A stretch of 59,339 nucleotides of DNA, counting the filler. It is 9 parts of 9 records of this genome, joined end to end, with 100 filler letters (N's around TTAATTAATTAA, not from the genome) between each part and the next. Parts side by side here need not be neighbours in the genome. Positions count along the whole stretch, not along the records: positions 1 to 11,482 come from SRR31156797_100264; 8 more parts are not named here. One strand, 5' to 3'. Within the stretch, counting starts at the first letter, position 1. Each line of letters starts with the position of its first letter. The position numbers and the translations under genes were made by a program. The notes beneath the pieces were generated by a model. That model did not search any database, was not told the DNA's origin, and was given only the letters and a program-made list of their open reading frames with translations. Of the stretch, positions 1 through 10,211 are shown piece after piece.

Positions 1-269
1 TCCGGGGTAGTTTTCACGTTAATCCGCGATTAGCCGGATTTTAAAGAAATAATGGCGGTTTATGGACAAACTTTTAATGGATGATGATCAGAACGAATAG
101 GGTTTATGATTGTTCCGACGGTCTGCTGTTTTGACCCGGTATCTGAAAAAAGAAAAAGCGACGGCAGGTGTCCATGTGCCCGGGTAGGGCGCAAGGGCCG
201 GAATAGTTATTGCCTGAAAGGTAGCTCCCGTGGTAAAAAACCTAAAATTTAACATTCTCTTCATTTCCA

Positions 270-2489
270 GTGACGCAACGCCACAATATGAATTTAGTTT
301 ACTCCCTACGAAAAGGTCACCATTTCAAAACCGTTCGCACGCTTTTCTTTGCCGTCTTCCTTTCAACAACGGTATTGATGACCCCGGTTGGCGGGGATGT
401 CTCCCGGGTCCAAGCCGGGAAAGCGGAACCCCGGTCTGTCCATAGGGTAAAAAGAGGAGATACCCTGGGGGGGATCGCCTCAAAATACAAGGTCCCCATC
501 AAGGCGTTGCGAGAGCGGAACAAACTGCGTGGCGACAGAATTTTTGAAGGACAGCGCCTTTGGATTCATTCCGTCCCCGCCCGCCGGTATATCGTTAAAA
601 GCGGCGATACCCTTTCTGAAATAGCCATTCAATCAGATATTCCCATTTCGCGACTGCGAAAACTGAACCGCATTTCAGGGGACCGAATATACACGGGTCA
701 GAAACTGGAACTGGGTTCAGCTCGAACCCCGGCCAAAAGGCCCCCCATCCATGTGGTTCGAAAAGGAGAGGCCCTATGGGATATCTCACGGCAATACAAC
801 CTTTCCATTTCGGAAATCAAAAAACGTAATTCTTTAAAAACGGACGTCATTACACCCGGTATGTCCCTTAAGGTAAGCCGCACCCCGGAAAAGGGAACCG
901 CTGGAGAAGTTGAAGATGAACCGTTTGAATACAAGGTCAAGCCGGGGGACAACCTGTCCACCATTGCTCAGCGCTTCGATGTGGCCGTGAGCCTGGTCAG
1001 ACAACTCAACGGTCTTAAAAAGAACCGGATTTATCCGGGTCAGATTTTGCAACTGAGGCCGTCTTCACTGGACGAAGCGGTACATGTGGTGCGCTCGGGA
1101 GAGACGTTGTCTTCAATCGCTCTCAAATACCGGATGAACGTATCCGAGATAAAGGGTATCAATGATATTCATGGCAATAAAATTGTGGCGGGACAGGAGT
1201 TGCGTCTCAAGGGAACGAAACCCCACATCCATATTGTGGAACGTGGGGATGCGCTTTGGGAAGTGGCGCAGGCGTACGGCTTGAGCGTGGCGGAGATTAA
1301 AAATTTGAATGGGCTCACCTCCGATCGGATTTATCCGGGACAGGAGCTTCAATTGGGAGCAAAACCGGCCAAGAGTTTTGCCGTCTATACCGTCAAAAAA
1401 GGCGATTTCCTGGGCAGAATTGCCCGCCTCCATCAGATGGGTGTGGCGGATTTGAAACGTATGAACAATATGCGCACCGCCCTGATTCATCCCGGGGATC
1501 AATTGAAGGTCAATCCCCTGCTGCACAAGGGAAGGGAGTGGCTTACAATCAGCGAGATCAACTGGGATGATCTGATGGGCTCTTCCGGGGGATTCAAAAA
1601 AATCAACATGGGAAACGGTCCCTATTACGGCAGTTGCCCAAAAGCCCACCGCCAGAAGAATCGTCGGTATTATGAAAATGCCCCACTGTCACTCTGGAAC
1701 ACTTACAGACGTGCTCGGAAACTCCAGGCCGCTTTTGATGGAAAGATTTCCCGGATGGGCCGTCTCAGCGATCGATTGAAAGGATGGCATATTGTGCTGG
1801 ACCCGGGGCACGGCGGTCTGGACCCGGGCGCTGTGGTGGCCAATCTGGACGGCAACGGCAACAAGGTGTATGTGGTTGAAGATGAATATGTATACGACAT
1901 TGCCCTGCGGGTCTATGTGATGCTCCGTCTGCACGGGGCCCGCGTGACCTTGACCCTGTTGAGCCCCAATCATCTGATCCGTCATTCCAACCCACCGGTT
2001 CAGACCTTTGTAAATGAAAAAAACGAGGTGTATAACAGCCGAGGGTTCAATAAAGGAAATAAAAAGGCCCATTGGCCAAAGGGGGGGCGTAACGGAAACC
2101 TCTCCCGTCGCATTGCCATTGCCGAAAATGCCTTCAAGAATGTCCCCCGGAACCGGCGCATTTTTCTCTCTTTTCATGCGGATATCGACCACAGCGCTCC
2201 CAACGCCCCTCTGGTGTTGTATTATCAAAGCAGACGGCCCGGGAAATTCGATCGTAAGTCGAAGAGTTTTGCAAAATCCATGCAGCCTTTTTTGGGAGCG
2301 GGGACATCCATACGGGGTCAGTATCTATATGTACTGCGAAACAATCCGGCCCCCATCAGCGTGATGTTGGAGTTACGGAATCTGGCCTATACGGATCACG
2401 CCTGGGCTTTGCGGTTTGAGGAATTGCGCCAGCGGGATGCTGAAAAGGTGGTGCGGGGCTTGGTGGAATACGTGGGTAGAAGGGGATAA
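270..2489 (+). CDS. Multi-LysM N-acetylmuramoyl-L-alanine amidase (7 LysM + Amidase_3)
   Basis: Seven LysM-type motifs (HRVKRGDTL, YIVKSGDTL, HVVRKGEAL, YKVKPGDNL, HVVRSGETL, HIVERGDAL, YTVKKGDFL). C-terminal IVLDPGHGG..E..FLSFHAD..MLE amidase motifs. Hydrophobic N-terminal segment. True start may be ATG 288. Confidence 0.9.
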   Translation: MTQRHNMNLVYSLRKGHHFKTVRTLFFAVFLSTTVLMTPVGGDVSRVQAGKAEPRSVHRVKRGDTLGGIASKYKVPIKALRERNKLRGDRIFEGQRLWIHSVPARRYIVKSGDTLSEIAIQSDIPISRLRKLNRISGDRIYTGQKLELGSARTPAKRPPIHVVRKGEALWDISRQYNLSISEIKKRNSLKTDVITPGMSLKVSRTPEKGTAGEVEDEPFEYKVKPGDNLSTIAQRFDVAVSLVRQLNGLKKNRIYPGQILQLRPSSLDEAVHVVRSGETLSSIALKYRMNVSEIKGINDIHGNKIVAGQELRLKGTKPHIHIVERGDALWEVAQAYGLSVAEIKNLNGLTSDRIYPGQELQLGAKPAKSFAVYTVKKGDFLGRIARLHQMGVADLKRMNNMRTALIHPGDQLKVNPLLHKGREWLTISEINWDDLMGSSGGFKKINMGNGPYYGSCPKAHRQKNRRYYENAPLSLWNTYRRARKLQAAFDGKISRMGRLSDRLKGWHIVLDPGHGGLDPGAVVANLDGNGNKVYVVEDEYVYDIALRVYVMLRLHGARVTLTLLSPNHLIRHSNPPVQTFVNEKNEVYNSRGFNKGNKKAHWPKGGRNGNLSRRIAIAENAFKNVPRNRRIFLSFHADIDHSAPNAPLVLYYQSRRPGKFDRKSKSFAKSMQPFLGAGTSIRGQYLYVLRNNPAPISVMLELRNLAYTDHAWALRFEELRQRDAEKVVRGLVEYVGRRG

Positions 2490-3905
2490 ATGTTAAGAAA
2501 TTTCCGTTACCGGGCGGTTCTAATGGTAACCGTCCTGATGATGGTGCTGGCGCCCGGTTGCAGCAGTGATTCCTCCGGACCGTCTTCTCAGCCGAAACTG
2601 CCGCTCGTGATCATCTCCGATGTTCATTTCACGCCCTTTTACGATACGGCTATTTTCCACGACCTGGTCAATTCTTCCGTGGAAGAATGGGTTGATATTT
2701 TCCAGCGTTCCAGCGTGACCGATCTTTCGCCGTGGGGTCAGGAAACCAATTATCCCCTTTTGAAACGGTCTCTGGAGGCAGCCTCCCGGCGTGTGGGTGA
2801 AGGCCGGGTGGTTATTTTTCCCGGTGACATCCTGGCCCATCATTTTCCCGAAACATTTTTTAAACTCTACGGGGAAGAAGATTATGACGCATTGCGTTCT
2901 TTCGTCCATAAGACCGTGGTGTTTTTTGCCGACCAGGTTCGTGAACGGTTCGGCAATGTTCCGGTGATGTTTACCCTCGGCAACAATGATTCCTATGCCG
3001 GTGACTACCTGTTGGTTCCGGGAGGGGCATTTCTGGCTGATACGGCCGAAACCTTCTACAATACGCTTCTCCTCGGCTGGTCTGACCGGAAAAACTATTT
3101 CAGTACCTACCCCGCCGGGGGTTATTTCGTTGCCGAGCCCCCGGACGCTAAAGTTCTTTTTGTGTGCGTGAACAGCATCCTTTTTTCAAAACACAGGACG
3201 AATGGTTGCACGGATTCGGAAAATAACGCCGCCACGACGCAACTCGACTGGCTGGAAAAGATTCTGGAGAAAGCGTATGCGGACAAGAAGAAAGTCTTTA
3301 TGGTCACCCATATCCCCACCGGGATGAGTATTTACAGTACGGTCAAGGGCCATATGGACGGGAGTGGAAAAATCTCTGATGCGGATGTTTTCTGGAAGGA
3401 ATCCTGTCAGAGCCGATTCCTCGAAATATGCCGGCAATATGAATCCGTTATTGAGATCATTTTCGCCGGTCATACCCATATGGACGAATACCGATTGATC
3501 CTTGATCATGGTGATGACGCTTACAAACCGATTATGGTTACCCCGGCCGTGAGCCCCCAGTTCGGTAACAACCCGGCGTTCAAGGTGCTCACCCTGCGGG
3601 GGGAGGACTGGAAACCGCTTGACTACCGTTCCATCATCTGTGATCTGGCTCTTCCCTCACCGGATTTCAGCCCTTATTATACTTTTAGTGAAGCCTATTC
3701 AAAAAAAATGCCCCTGGCGGAGTCCCTGGTTGATCTTTATCCGAAAATGACAATTGACGCCCATGACCGAAAAAATTACGCGCGTTTTTACTACTCGGGA
3801 CACGATGATGCCGATATCATCGATGACATCAACTGGCCGGCCTATTGGTGCGGTATGGGAAAAATGGATAGGCGGGAATATATTGAATGTGTTAACGGTT
3901 ATTGA
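2490..3905 (+). CDS. Calcineurin-like metallophosphoesterase, acid sphingomyelinase-like; predicted lipoprotein
   Basis: Motifs SDVH, GDILAH, GNND, THIP, AGHTH and PAVSPQFGNNPAF. Lipobox LAPG-C. Directly abuts the amidase stop codon. Confidence 0.8.
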   Translation: MLRNFRYRAVLMVTVLMMVLAPGCSSDSSGPSSQPKLPLVIISDVHFTPFYDTAIFHDLVNSSVEEWVDIFQRSSVTDLSPWGQETNYPLLKRSLEAASRRVGEGRVVIFPGDILAHHFPETFFKLYGEEDYDALRSFVHKTVVFFADQVRERFGNVPVMFTLGNNDSYAGDYLLVPGGAFLADTAETFYNTLLLGWSDRKNYFSTYPAGGYFVAEPPDAKVLFVCVNSILFSKHRTNGCTDSENNAATTQLDWLEKILEKAYADKKKVFMVTHIPTGMSIYSTVKGHMDGSGKISDADVFWKESCQSRFLEICRQYESVIEIIFAGHTHMDEYRLILDHGDDAYKPIMVTPAVSPQFGNNPAFKVLTLRGEDWKPLDYRSIICDLALPSPDFSPYYTFSEAYSKKMPLAESLVDLYPKMTIDAHDRKNYARFYYSGHDDADIIDDINWPAYWCGMGKMDRREYIECVNGY

Positions 3906-3923
3906 TGAGCAGTTGATTCCCCT

Positions 3924-4871
3924 TCAGGATGGGTAGCTGTTCGTGAGTTGGTGGTGAATTTTGACCAGTTCATCCACATCGGGAATCAGACAACCCCGTC
4001 GCAGGTGTTTATGGTAGTCGTCCAAGTGATATCGAAGGGTGTGCTTGAGATAGGCAATATGTTCTTCGATGGTCGTTTTGTAGGGATCTTCGTCCAGGCC
4101 CCAGCGCCATTTGAAATGCTGCTGCATGTAACGCCAGACACCCCCAAGTTCTTCCTCAAAACGCTTAAGGGTCATTCGATAGAAGTCAGGGGTTTTTTTC
4201 AATAGATCCAATTCGCTTTGATACTCCGTAACGCCGCCTTCGCGAAATTCATGGTAAAGGTAAATGAGCTTTTCCAGGTATGCCCGGTCCGCCATCTGCC
4301 CCTGTAGATCCGCTGTTCCCAGCATTTTGCCCAGCAATTCATTTTCGGAATTAGTAAACTGAATACGGTCCAGGCCCACGTCAAGCCCTGTGCACCTGAC
4401 AATGTTTCGGCAGAAAATAAAGTCCTCCCGGGGATAACCCTTATGGCTAAAATAACTTGACATGAAGTCAATGCTCAAATCCACGTGTTTAAGGGTGTAT
4501 TTCGCGCCTGTTCCCGTTTGGTCGTCAGTGGTTTGTATGTAGCCGGTATCATGCATCAGACTGCTGATCAAGGTAAGGGAAACCCCCCGTCTGGTGATGT
4601 TAACACCCGATGCGGTCGCGCCATGAATCAACCTGGCCAGGGCCATGAAGGTGTCAGTGGTGTGTTTCAAGTCGTGATAGCGGGTATTGCATTTGCGGTA
4701 GCCTGGGTAATTGCCGGCGAACAGATCCATAAAATCGCTGAAGGCAATGGCAATAGAAGTAAAATCAAAGGTTGGAAAAATTAGCGAAACCGTTGTTTTG
4801 ACCTCTTTCAAAATGCTCTGGGGGTCGTCCATATTGACAAAGTGCATCAGTGCTGATTCATTGGCATCCAT
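3924..4871 (-). CDS. HD-superfamily metal-dependent phosphohydrolase
   Basis: YHDLKHT ... MHDTGY ... TADLQGQMAD motifs. Confidence 0.75.
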   Translation of the reverse strand: MDANESALMHFVNMDDPQSILKEVKTTVSLIFPTFDFTSIAIAFSDFMDLFAGNYPGYRKCNTRYHDLKHTTDTFMALARLIHGATASGVNITRRGVSLTLISSLMHDTGYIQTTDDQTGTGAKYTLKHVDLSIDFMSSYFSHKGYPREDFIFCRNIVRCTGLDVGLDRIQFTNSENELLGKMLGTADLQGQMADRAYLEKLIYLYHEFREGGVTEYQSELDLLKKTPDFYRMTLKRFEEELGGVWRYMQQHFKWRWGLDEDPYKTTIEEHIAYLKHTLRYHLDDYHKHLRRGCLIPDVDELVKIHHQLTNSYPS

Positions 4872-5060
4872 GGGTTTTCCTCAAGTGAGCGATTTCCGGG
4901 TTCATAGGGATACGCCCTTTCCATATAAACCGCTCTCAATGGGCGTGATTCTCCTTTTACGAACAGCAAAGTAACCAACTTAAAACAACAGGATACGGGT
5001 TTATCCGAAAAATTTCAACATTGCCGTGCCGTTGAGCCTTAATTTTCTTGATCCGGGCGG

Positions 5061-6998
5061 TTATGGATATACGTGCCGATTAAATGCCGGGGCAGAGCGT
5101 TCCAGTGTTTTAATTTCGGAATCGGCGGGGTCGTCCACATAATTGTAACTTCCCTTGCGGATGTTAAAGAAAAAAAGCTCGGGCAGGCTGTACAGGGCCC
5201 CTTTAAGGCCCGCCAGGGATAAATCACCGCCATCCATGGGCAGGGTGAAAATGCCCAGTGCCGCGGTGATCAGGCCGTAAGCCCCGTTGACGGCCCCGTA
5301 AATCGGACGAATCCATACCACATCATCCGTAAAAAAAAGAAAGGGCGTATCCCCTGGCACACCCGGGTAGAGGGTCGATGTCAGGGTGTTGCATTCACGA
5401 AAATAGAGGCCCGTGTTTTCGGGTTCATTTTGCGCCGTGCGCAACAACATCCGTTTTCTGTAACCGGGTAACACATCAATTTTGGTGATTCGGAAATGGC
5501 CTTTCACAAGGTTAAACAGGCGGAAAGGGATAAAACCAAAATCTTTACCCGGTACGATTTCTCCCCCCAGCGCTTTTGTGACCCGCCCTTGACTGTGAAA
5601 TGGGGCATTAATGCTCCGGATGAGTTCGGTGGCACAATTGTTGTTGATCAGGTCATAGGGGTAACAGCGCTTTAATTGATCATTATAGATGTTCCGGTTC
5701 AGGCGGGTTTCTCTCAGTGATCGGTTTATGGCCTGTTGCGAAAAGTTGGAGGCGGGTATGGGAACCATGCCGGACCGGTACGGTATCAGCCTTCCGTAGG
5801 CAATGCGGATGGTGTTACCGGTCAAACGCCCCTTTTCCAACTCGGCAAAACGTCCGGCACCCTCCTCCAATCGATTATAGGCACGCTCATCCAGGGGCCC
5901 TCCGGCAAAGGCGCTTCGGCGGATATCCCGGTATTTTCGCCATGCACGATCCGCCAATCCGGCGGTTACGGTGGGATCCCCCGCCAGTGTTTCGGGGGGG
6001 ACGGATTTGGCGGACTCCGGAAAAGGGTCCAATAGATAGAGCCTGTTTCGTTTAAGGGACCACATAACCGCTTGATATCTGGCATTGGCCAACAGTAATG
6101 GGTATCCCCAATCGGGCCGGCTGGAGGCCGGCAGTTGGATCACGGATGCCTTGAGGGTTTCGGCATAGGCTGAAAGTTTATCACGCTCATTGCGGGTCAA
6201 TCCCTTATGGTCACCGGGACGAGCCCAATGGTCCATGTCCGTCAGTTCCAGTTCCCGGAGGGGTAATGCGCCATATAAAATGTTAAGGGCTGTCCGTTTC
6301 AGTCGATTTTCAGCATATTTTTTTGAAAAACTTGCCATCGGCGGGGGATAGGCTTCATTGCTGATCTCGCTGGGTGTCACGCTGGGGACCACAAGGGGTA
6401 TTTTCGACAGTTCACGGTCCAGGGTTTCCATGGCGTATTTTAAATAGTTTTTTCCGTAAGACTCGGTTACCGCGTCTCGAAGCCCTGTACTGATCCCGTT
6501 GGAGGGCGCATCAAAGGAAAAAAGCCCTGCGCCGTTGAGGGGCATCCGGTTGTGGCCGCGGCTCAGGTCATCCAAAAGCCGGGTGTCCGCCAACAGTTCG
6601 TCCAGGCGCGCCATATGAGCTTCCTGGGTCAGATAGTATCGGTCCAGGTGTTCCTGAAGTATCTGAAGATCGCGGTTTTTAATATGAATGTGGGCCACAT
6701 AAAGTGTTCGGTTTTCCAGATCGTTATAGATATACCGGAAATGCGGCCATTGTTCTCGAACCAGTTTGAAAAGTCCGTTGGGGAAATATTGAAAATGATA
6801 GATGGTGTTACGGATGCGCAGTGCGCTATGGCCGCCGCTGGAGCCGCCAACATTGGCATCGATATAGATGAATTGTAAGCGTGGTGAAGTGGTTGATGTT
6901 CCTTTTTCGGCCAGAACCGGCCGAAAGAGAAACACCTGCTGGATCAGGATGAGCCCCATAAAAAAGGCGTGAAAGACGGATTTTCGGGATACACGCAT
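5061..6998 (-). CDS. Exported hypothetical protein with permuted papain/NlpC-P60-like His...Cys motifs (DUF4105/Lnb-like)
   Basis: Signal-like N-terminus, GGHSALRI (His57), YDLINNNCAT (Cys455), hydrophobic Gly-rich C-terminal segment. ORF is solid; family call is tentative. Confidence 0.6.
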   Translation of the reverse strand: MRVSRKSVFHAFFMGLILIQQVFLFRPVLAEKGTSTTSPRLQFIYIDANVGGSSGGHSALRIRNTIYHFQYFPNGLFKLVREQWPHFRYIYNDLENRTLYVAHIHIKNRDLQILQEHLDRYYLTQEAHMARLDELLADTRLLDDLSRGHNRMPLNGAGLFSFDAPSNGISTGLRDAVTESYGKNYLKYAMETLDRELSKIPLVVPSVTPSEISNEAYPPPMASFSKKYAENRLKRTALNILYGALPLRELELTDMDHWARPGDHKGLTRNERDKLSAYAETLKASVIQLPASSRPDWGYPLLLANARYQAVMWSLKRNRLYLLDPFPESAKSVPPETLAGDPTVTAGLADRAWRKYRDIRRSAFAGGPLDERAYNRLEEGAGRFAELEKGRLTGNTIRIAYGRLIPYRSGMVPIPASNFSQQAINRSLRETRLNRNIYNDQLKRCYPYDLINNNCATELIRSINAPFHSQGRVTKALGGEIVPGKDFGFIPFRLFNLVKGHFRITKIDVLPGYRKRMLLRTAQNEPENTGLYFRECNTLTSTLYPGVPGDTPFLFFTDDVVWIRPIYGAVNGAYGLITAALGIFTLPMDGGDLSLAGLKGALYSLPELFFFNIRKGSYNYVDDPADSEIKTLERSAPAFNRHVYP

Positions 6999-7042
6999 CT
7001 TGTTGGATCGTTACCCCTTTTGTATCCCCATATCCGTCTGAC

Positions 7043-7468
7043 TCAGGGCTGGTAGCTTTCAAGAATGAGGACAAAGGCATTTTTTTCTTTTGCTGCCAGG
7101 GCTGGAATGAAATAAACATTTTTGACTTCATCCCGGCTGATGCCGGCGCGTCTGAGACCGGTACCGATGGCATTGTATGTGGCCGTATCCCGTTCCCAGT
7201 CGGTGATGCCGTTTCGTTCGGCAATGCTGCCCAACTCCCGCAGGTAGGCTTGCGCATCATCGCTTTTTGCGGCGCTGGTTGTGTAGGCGCTGACGTCACT
7301 CATATAGGTCCTTTTTGCATCTTTCGGATCTGATTCCGATGCGCCCGATGAGGCCGAACTGGATTTGCTCGAATCACTGGATGCGCCGCTGGAATAGGAA
7401 AATGAGCACCCGGCCAAAAGGATCAGAATGCTCAGAAGGGCGATGGTATTTTTCAGTGCGTGTTGCAT
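7043..7468 (-). CDS. Small lipoprotein with Ser-rich N-terminus
   Basis: Lipobox LLAG-C followed by SFSYSSGASSDSSKSSSASS. AGGAG RBS upstream. Confidence 0.8.
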   Translation of the reverse strand: MQHALKNTIALLSILILLAGCSFSYSSGASSDSSKSSSASSGASESDPKDAKRTYMSDVSAYTTSAAKSDDAQAYLRELGSIAERNGITDWERDTATYNAIGTGLRRAGISRDEVKNVYFIPALAAKEKNAFVLILESYQP

Positions 7469-7542
7469 ATGAAAGCTCCTTTTCTGGGTTGACGGTCATT
7501 TTATTAAAGATGAAGCTTTCTAGCACAGAAATTGATAAAATG

Positions 7543-9174
7543 TCAACTTTCGGGAGCTTGCAGGTTTGGATTGAGATCAGGGAAAGCGAAGGCAAACGCT
7601 TCCATGATTTCGGCTGCGGAGAGGTTGTCCTTGATGGCCTGTTTTGAAAGCCGGTGACGGGCCAGGAACAACCGTTTTCGCACCCCTGGTAAAAGATTAT
7701 GGTGGAGCATCTCCAGGTTATCGTTTCTGTACATGGGGCAGGAGTGTTCGAGGTTACTGAAAACCCCCTTGATATGTCCCATGACGTCCGCTGATGCCAT
7801 GGTACGGTGTCGCCATTGGTCCATGTAGCCGTTCAACCCGTATTTCCGGCGCATTTCGGGTTCATAAACGGGACTGAGCGGCGCCAGGCTGAATGGAAAA
7901 AGGACCCATGAAAGGGTCCCCGGAAGCTCGGGGAACTCGATGCGCCTTATGAAATCCAGCGTGCTTTTTACCGTTCCGATGGTTTCTCCGGGAAAACCGA
8001 ACAGAAAATAGCATGATGCATCAATTCCGGCGGCGAGGAGCCGTTTCACCACCCTGGCGTAAAGCCGGGGGTTGGCTTTTTTATTCATGTTCCCGAGTAT
8101 TTGCGGGTCTGCTGATTCCAGGCCAAGGAGTACTTCAATGCAGCCGGACTCTTTCAGCAGTTCAAAATCAACGCCTTCCAGCGCGGTTGCCCGAACCATG
8201 GTCATCCATTTGACGGGAATGTTCTCCCGGATGATGCGCCGGGAAAGGGTATTGAGATTGCCCCTGCCATGTCTGAAGTTGTCATCCGTGAAGCGGACAA
8301 AGCGGGCCCCCCGTTCTGAAACCGCTTTGAGCTCTTCCACCAGCCTCTCCAGACTTTTGATGAACATGAGTCTGCGGTCTTTGGTGAAGTTGCAGAAAGC
8401 GCACTTGAAGGGACACCCCTTACTGGTTTGTAGCGGTATAACCCCCGATCCGAAAATTTTTTGGGGGAGCGACTTCCAGTCAATGGATGTGTTCAGATTG
8501 TCGAAAATATAGTCTTTTTGTTCTGAAAAAGAATATCTTTTTCCATCGAAACGGACCGTGTTGGGCAGATCATCCACCGGGCGGTTGAGGCGGGTTCGTT
8601 GTAAAGCGGTTAGCAGGATGTCTTCGCCCTGAAGGCCCGTGATGTATAAATTGACCCGGGGTTGCTCATTATGGAAAAAAAGGAAGTCGTTTTCGGCCAG
8701 GCGGGTTTCATAGTCCGGGTCGTTTGATCGTTGCAGCATGCGGTAGGAGAGATTTACAAAAGGTCCCCCCGCGATGATGAAAATATCCGGTGCCTGGTCA
8801 CGGATATCCGCCACAAGCCTGTGGAGCGTCTGTTTGTTGCGGATAAAGGTGGTGGAGATCACCACCGCGCGAGGGTTCTCCGCGAGCATTTCCTTGAACG
8901 TTGATTTGTCTTTGAAGTAGCGATCGATCAGTTTAACGTGAAGGCCGCCTTTCAGCAGGTAGGAGAGAAGGTAGATACCGTTTAGACGGTATGCGGCTCC
9001 CCAGTTCATGATACCACTCCCCTCAACGGGGGGGACAACACGCCCTCTGTTTTTCAGGTAGTTCTTTATAACCTGTACAGTGGCAACCTTGCCGTCCAGG
9101 CGCAAACGCTCATGGATGATATCAGCGGAACCCACATCGCCGGCTTCAGCAATAATGATGGCATCGAGGGACAA
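7543..9174 (-). CDS. Cobalamin-binding-domain radical SAM protein (class B-like)
   Basis: SKGCPFKCAFC (CxxxCxxC), FTDDNF, GLES, FGFPGET. N-terminal ISTTF..IAGGP domain. TTG start with AGGAGA RBS. Confidence 0.85.
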   Translation of the reverse strand: MSLDAIIIAEAGDVGSADIIHERLRLDGKVATVQVIKNYLKNRGRVVPPVEGSGIMNWGAAYRLNGIYLLSYLLKGGLHVKLIDRYFKDKSTFKEMLAENPRAVVISTTFIRNKQTLHRLVADIRDQAPDIFIIAGGPFVNLSYRMLQRSNDPDYETRLAENDFLFFHNEQPRVNLYITGLQGEDILLTALQRTRLNRPVDDLPNTVRFDGKRYSFSEQKDYIFDNLNTSIDWKSLPQKIFGSGVIPLQTSKGCPFKCAFCNFTKDRRLMFIKSLERLVEELKAVSERGARFVRFTDDNFRHGRGNLNTLSRRIIRENIPVKWMTMVRATALEGVDFELLKESGCIEVLLGLESADPQILGNMNKKANPRLYARVVKRLLAAGIDASCYFLFGFPGETIGTVKSTLDFIRRIEFPELPGTLSWVLFPFSLAPLSPVYEPEMRRKYGLNGYMDQWRHRTMASADVMGHIKGVFSNLEHSCPMYRNDNLEMLHHNLLPGVRKRLFLARHRLSKQAIKDNLSAAEIMEAFAFAFPDLNPNLQAPES

Positions 9175-9188
9175 TGAAAAGGTTTCTC

Positions 9189-10211
9189 CTAGGAGTGGTT
9201 TTCAGGGTTTTGATGGGCCAAAAGGTAACTTTGGTAAACGGGCAGGGCCTGTGTGCCCCCGGTATGTACAAAAAGCACCCTCTGGCCTTTTTTGAAGTAG
9301 CCCTTTTTGGAGAGATCAATGAGCCCCGCCATGGTTTTGCCCGTGTACACCGGGTCCAGCAGTATCCCCTCCGTTTCGGCCAGCAGTTTGACGGCCCGGG
9401 CCATTTCCGGTGTGGGAAGGGAATAGCCCGGGCCCACATAGTCGTCAAAACAGATGACGTGGCTGCGTGGTATGGGAGCAGTGACGCCTAAATGATCAGC
9501 GGTTTTTTTGACCAGTTCATATACCGCGTCCCCCTGGCCTTTTTCCGTAACGCCCACGTTAATACCGATGACCGGGATGTTCATGTTGCACCCCGCCATG
9601 CCGGTGACAAGCCCCGCCTGTGTACCCGAACTGCCACTGGCGCATACGACGGCATCCATATGGATGCCTTGGTCAAAAATCTGGCTCTGAATTTCCTGGG
9701 CGCAGGCCACGTATCCGGTGGCACCGATGGGGTTGGAGCCGCCCATGGGAATGACATAACCGGTTCGTCCCTTTTGGGTCAAATGGCTCATGGTTTTCCG
9801 GATGGCAACATTCAAGGTGATTTCATCGGATACGATCTCAATTTTTTCAGCTCCCAGCAGATGAAATAAAAAAATATTGCCGCCGGCTTTTGCGTCATAA
9901 CTGCCGGGGATAAGCTCATTCAAAATCAGCCGGCATTTCATCCCCTCCTTGACCGCGGCTGAAAGCGTCAAGCGACAGTGGTTGGACTGAACAGCACCGC
10001 TGGTGATCAAGGTGTCGGCGCCCTGCTTCAGGGCATGGGCTACCAGAAATTCCAGCTTGCGGGTTTTATTCCCGCCCGCGGTCAAGCCCAGAAGGTCATC
10101 CCTCTTAATATAAATATCAGGCCCGCCGATGGCTTTGGAGAAGCGGGGGAGTTTTTCAATGGGTGTCTGTCCCACCGTATAGCGTCTTCTTGGGAATTGA
10201 GCCAGATTCAT
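9189..10211 (-). CDS. dcyD: D-cysteine desulfhydrase (PLP, ACC deaminase family)
   Basis: KRDDL..GGNKTRKLEFL, QSNHCR, ASGSSGTQAG, LDPVYTGK, FVHTGG. Confidence 0.88.
   Translation of the reverse strand: MNLAQFPRRRYTVGQTPIEKLPRFSKAIGGPDIYIKRDDLLGLTAGGNKTRKLEFLVAHALKQGADTLITSGAVQSNHCRLTLSAAVKEGMKCRLILNELIPGSYDAKAGGNIFLFHLLGAEKIEIVSDEITLNVAIRKTMSHLTQKGRTGYVIPMGGSNPIGATGYVACAQEIQSQIFDQGIHMDAVVCASGSSGTQAGLVTGMAGCNMNIPVIGINVGVTEKGQGDAVYELVKKTADHLGVTAPIPRSHVICFDDYVGPGYSLPTPEMARAVKLLAETEGILLDPVYTGKTMAGLIDLSKKGYFKKGQRVLFVHTGGTQALPVYQSYLLAHQNPENHS

Noticed and set aside
100..270. c-di-AMP or c-di-GMP riboswitch upstream of the LysM amidase
   Set aside because: Only scattered fragments (GGGCGCAAG, GAAAGGT) are present; the ordered consensus could not be assembled. 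An Rfam scan would settle it.
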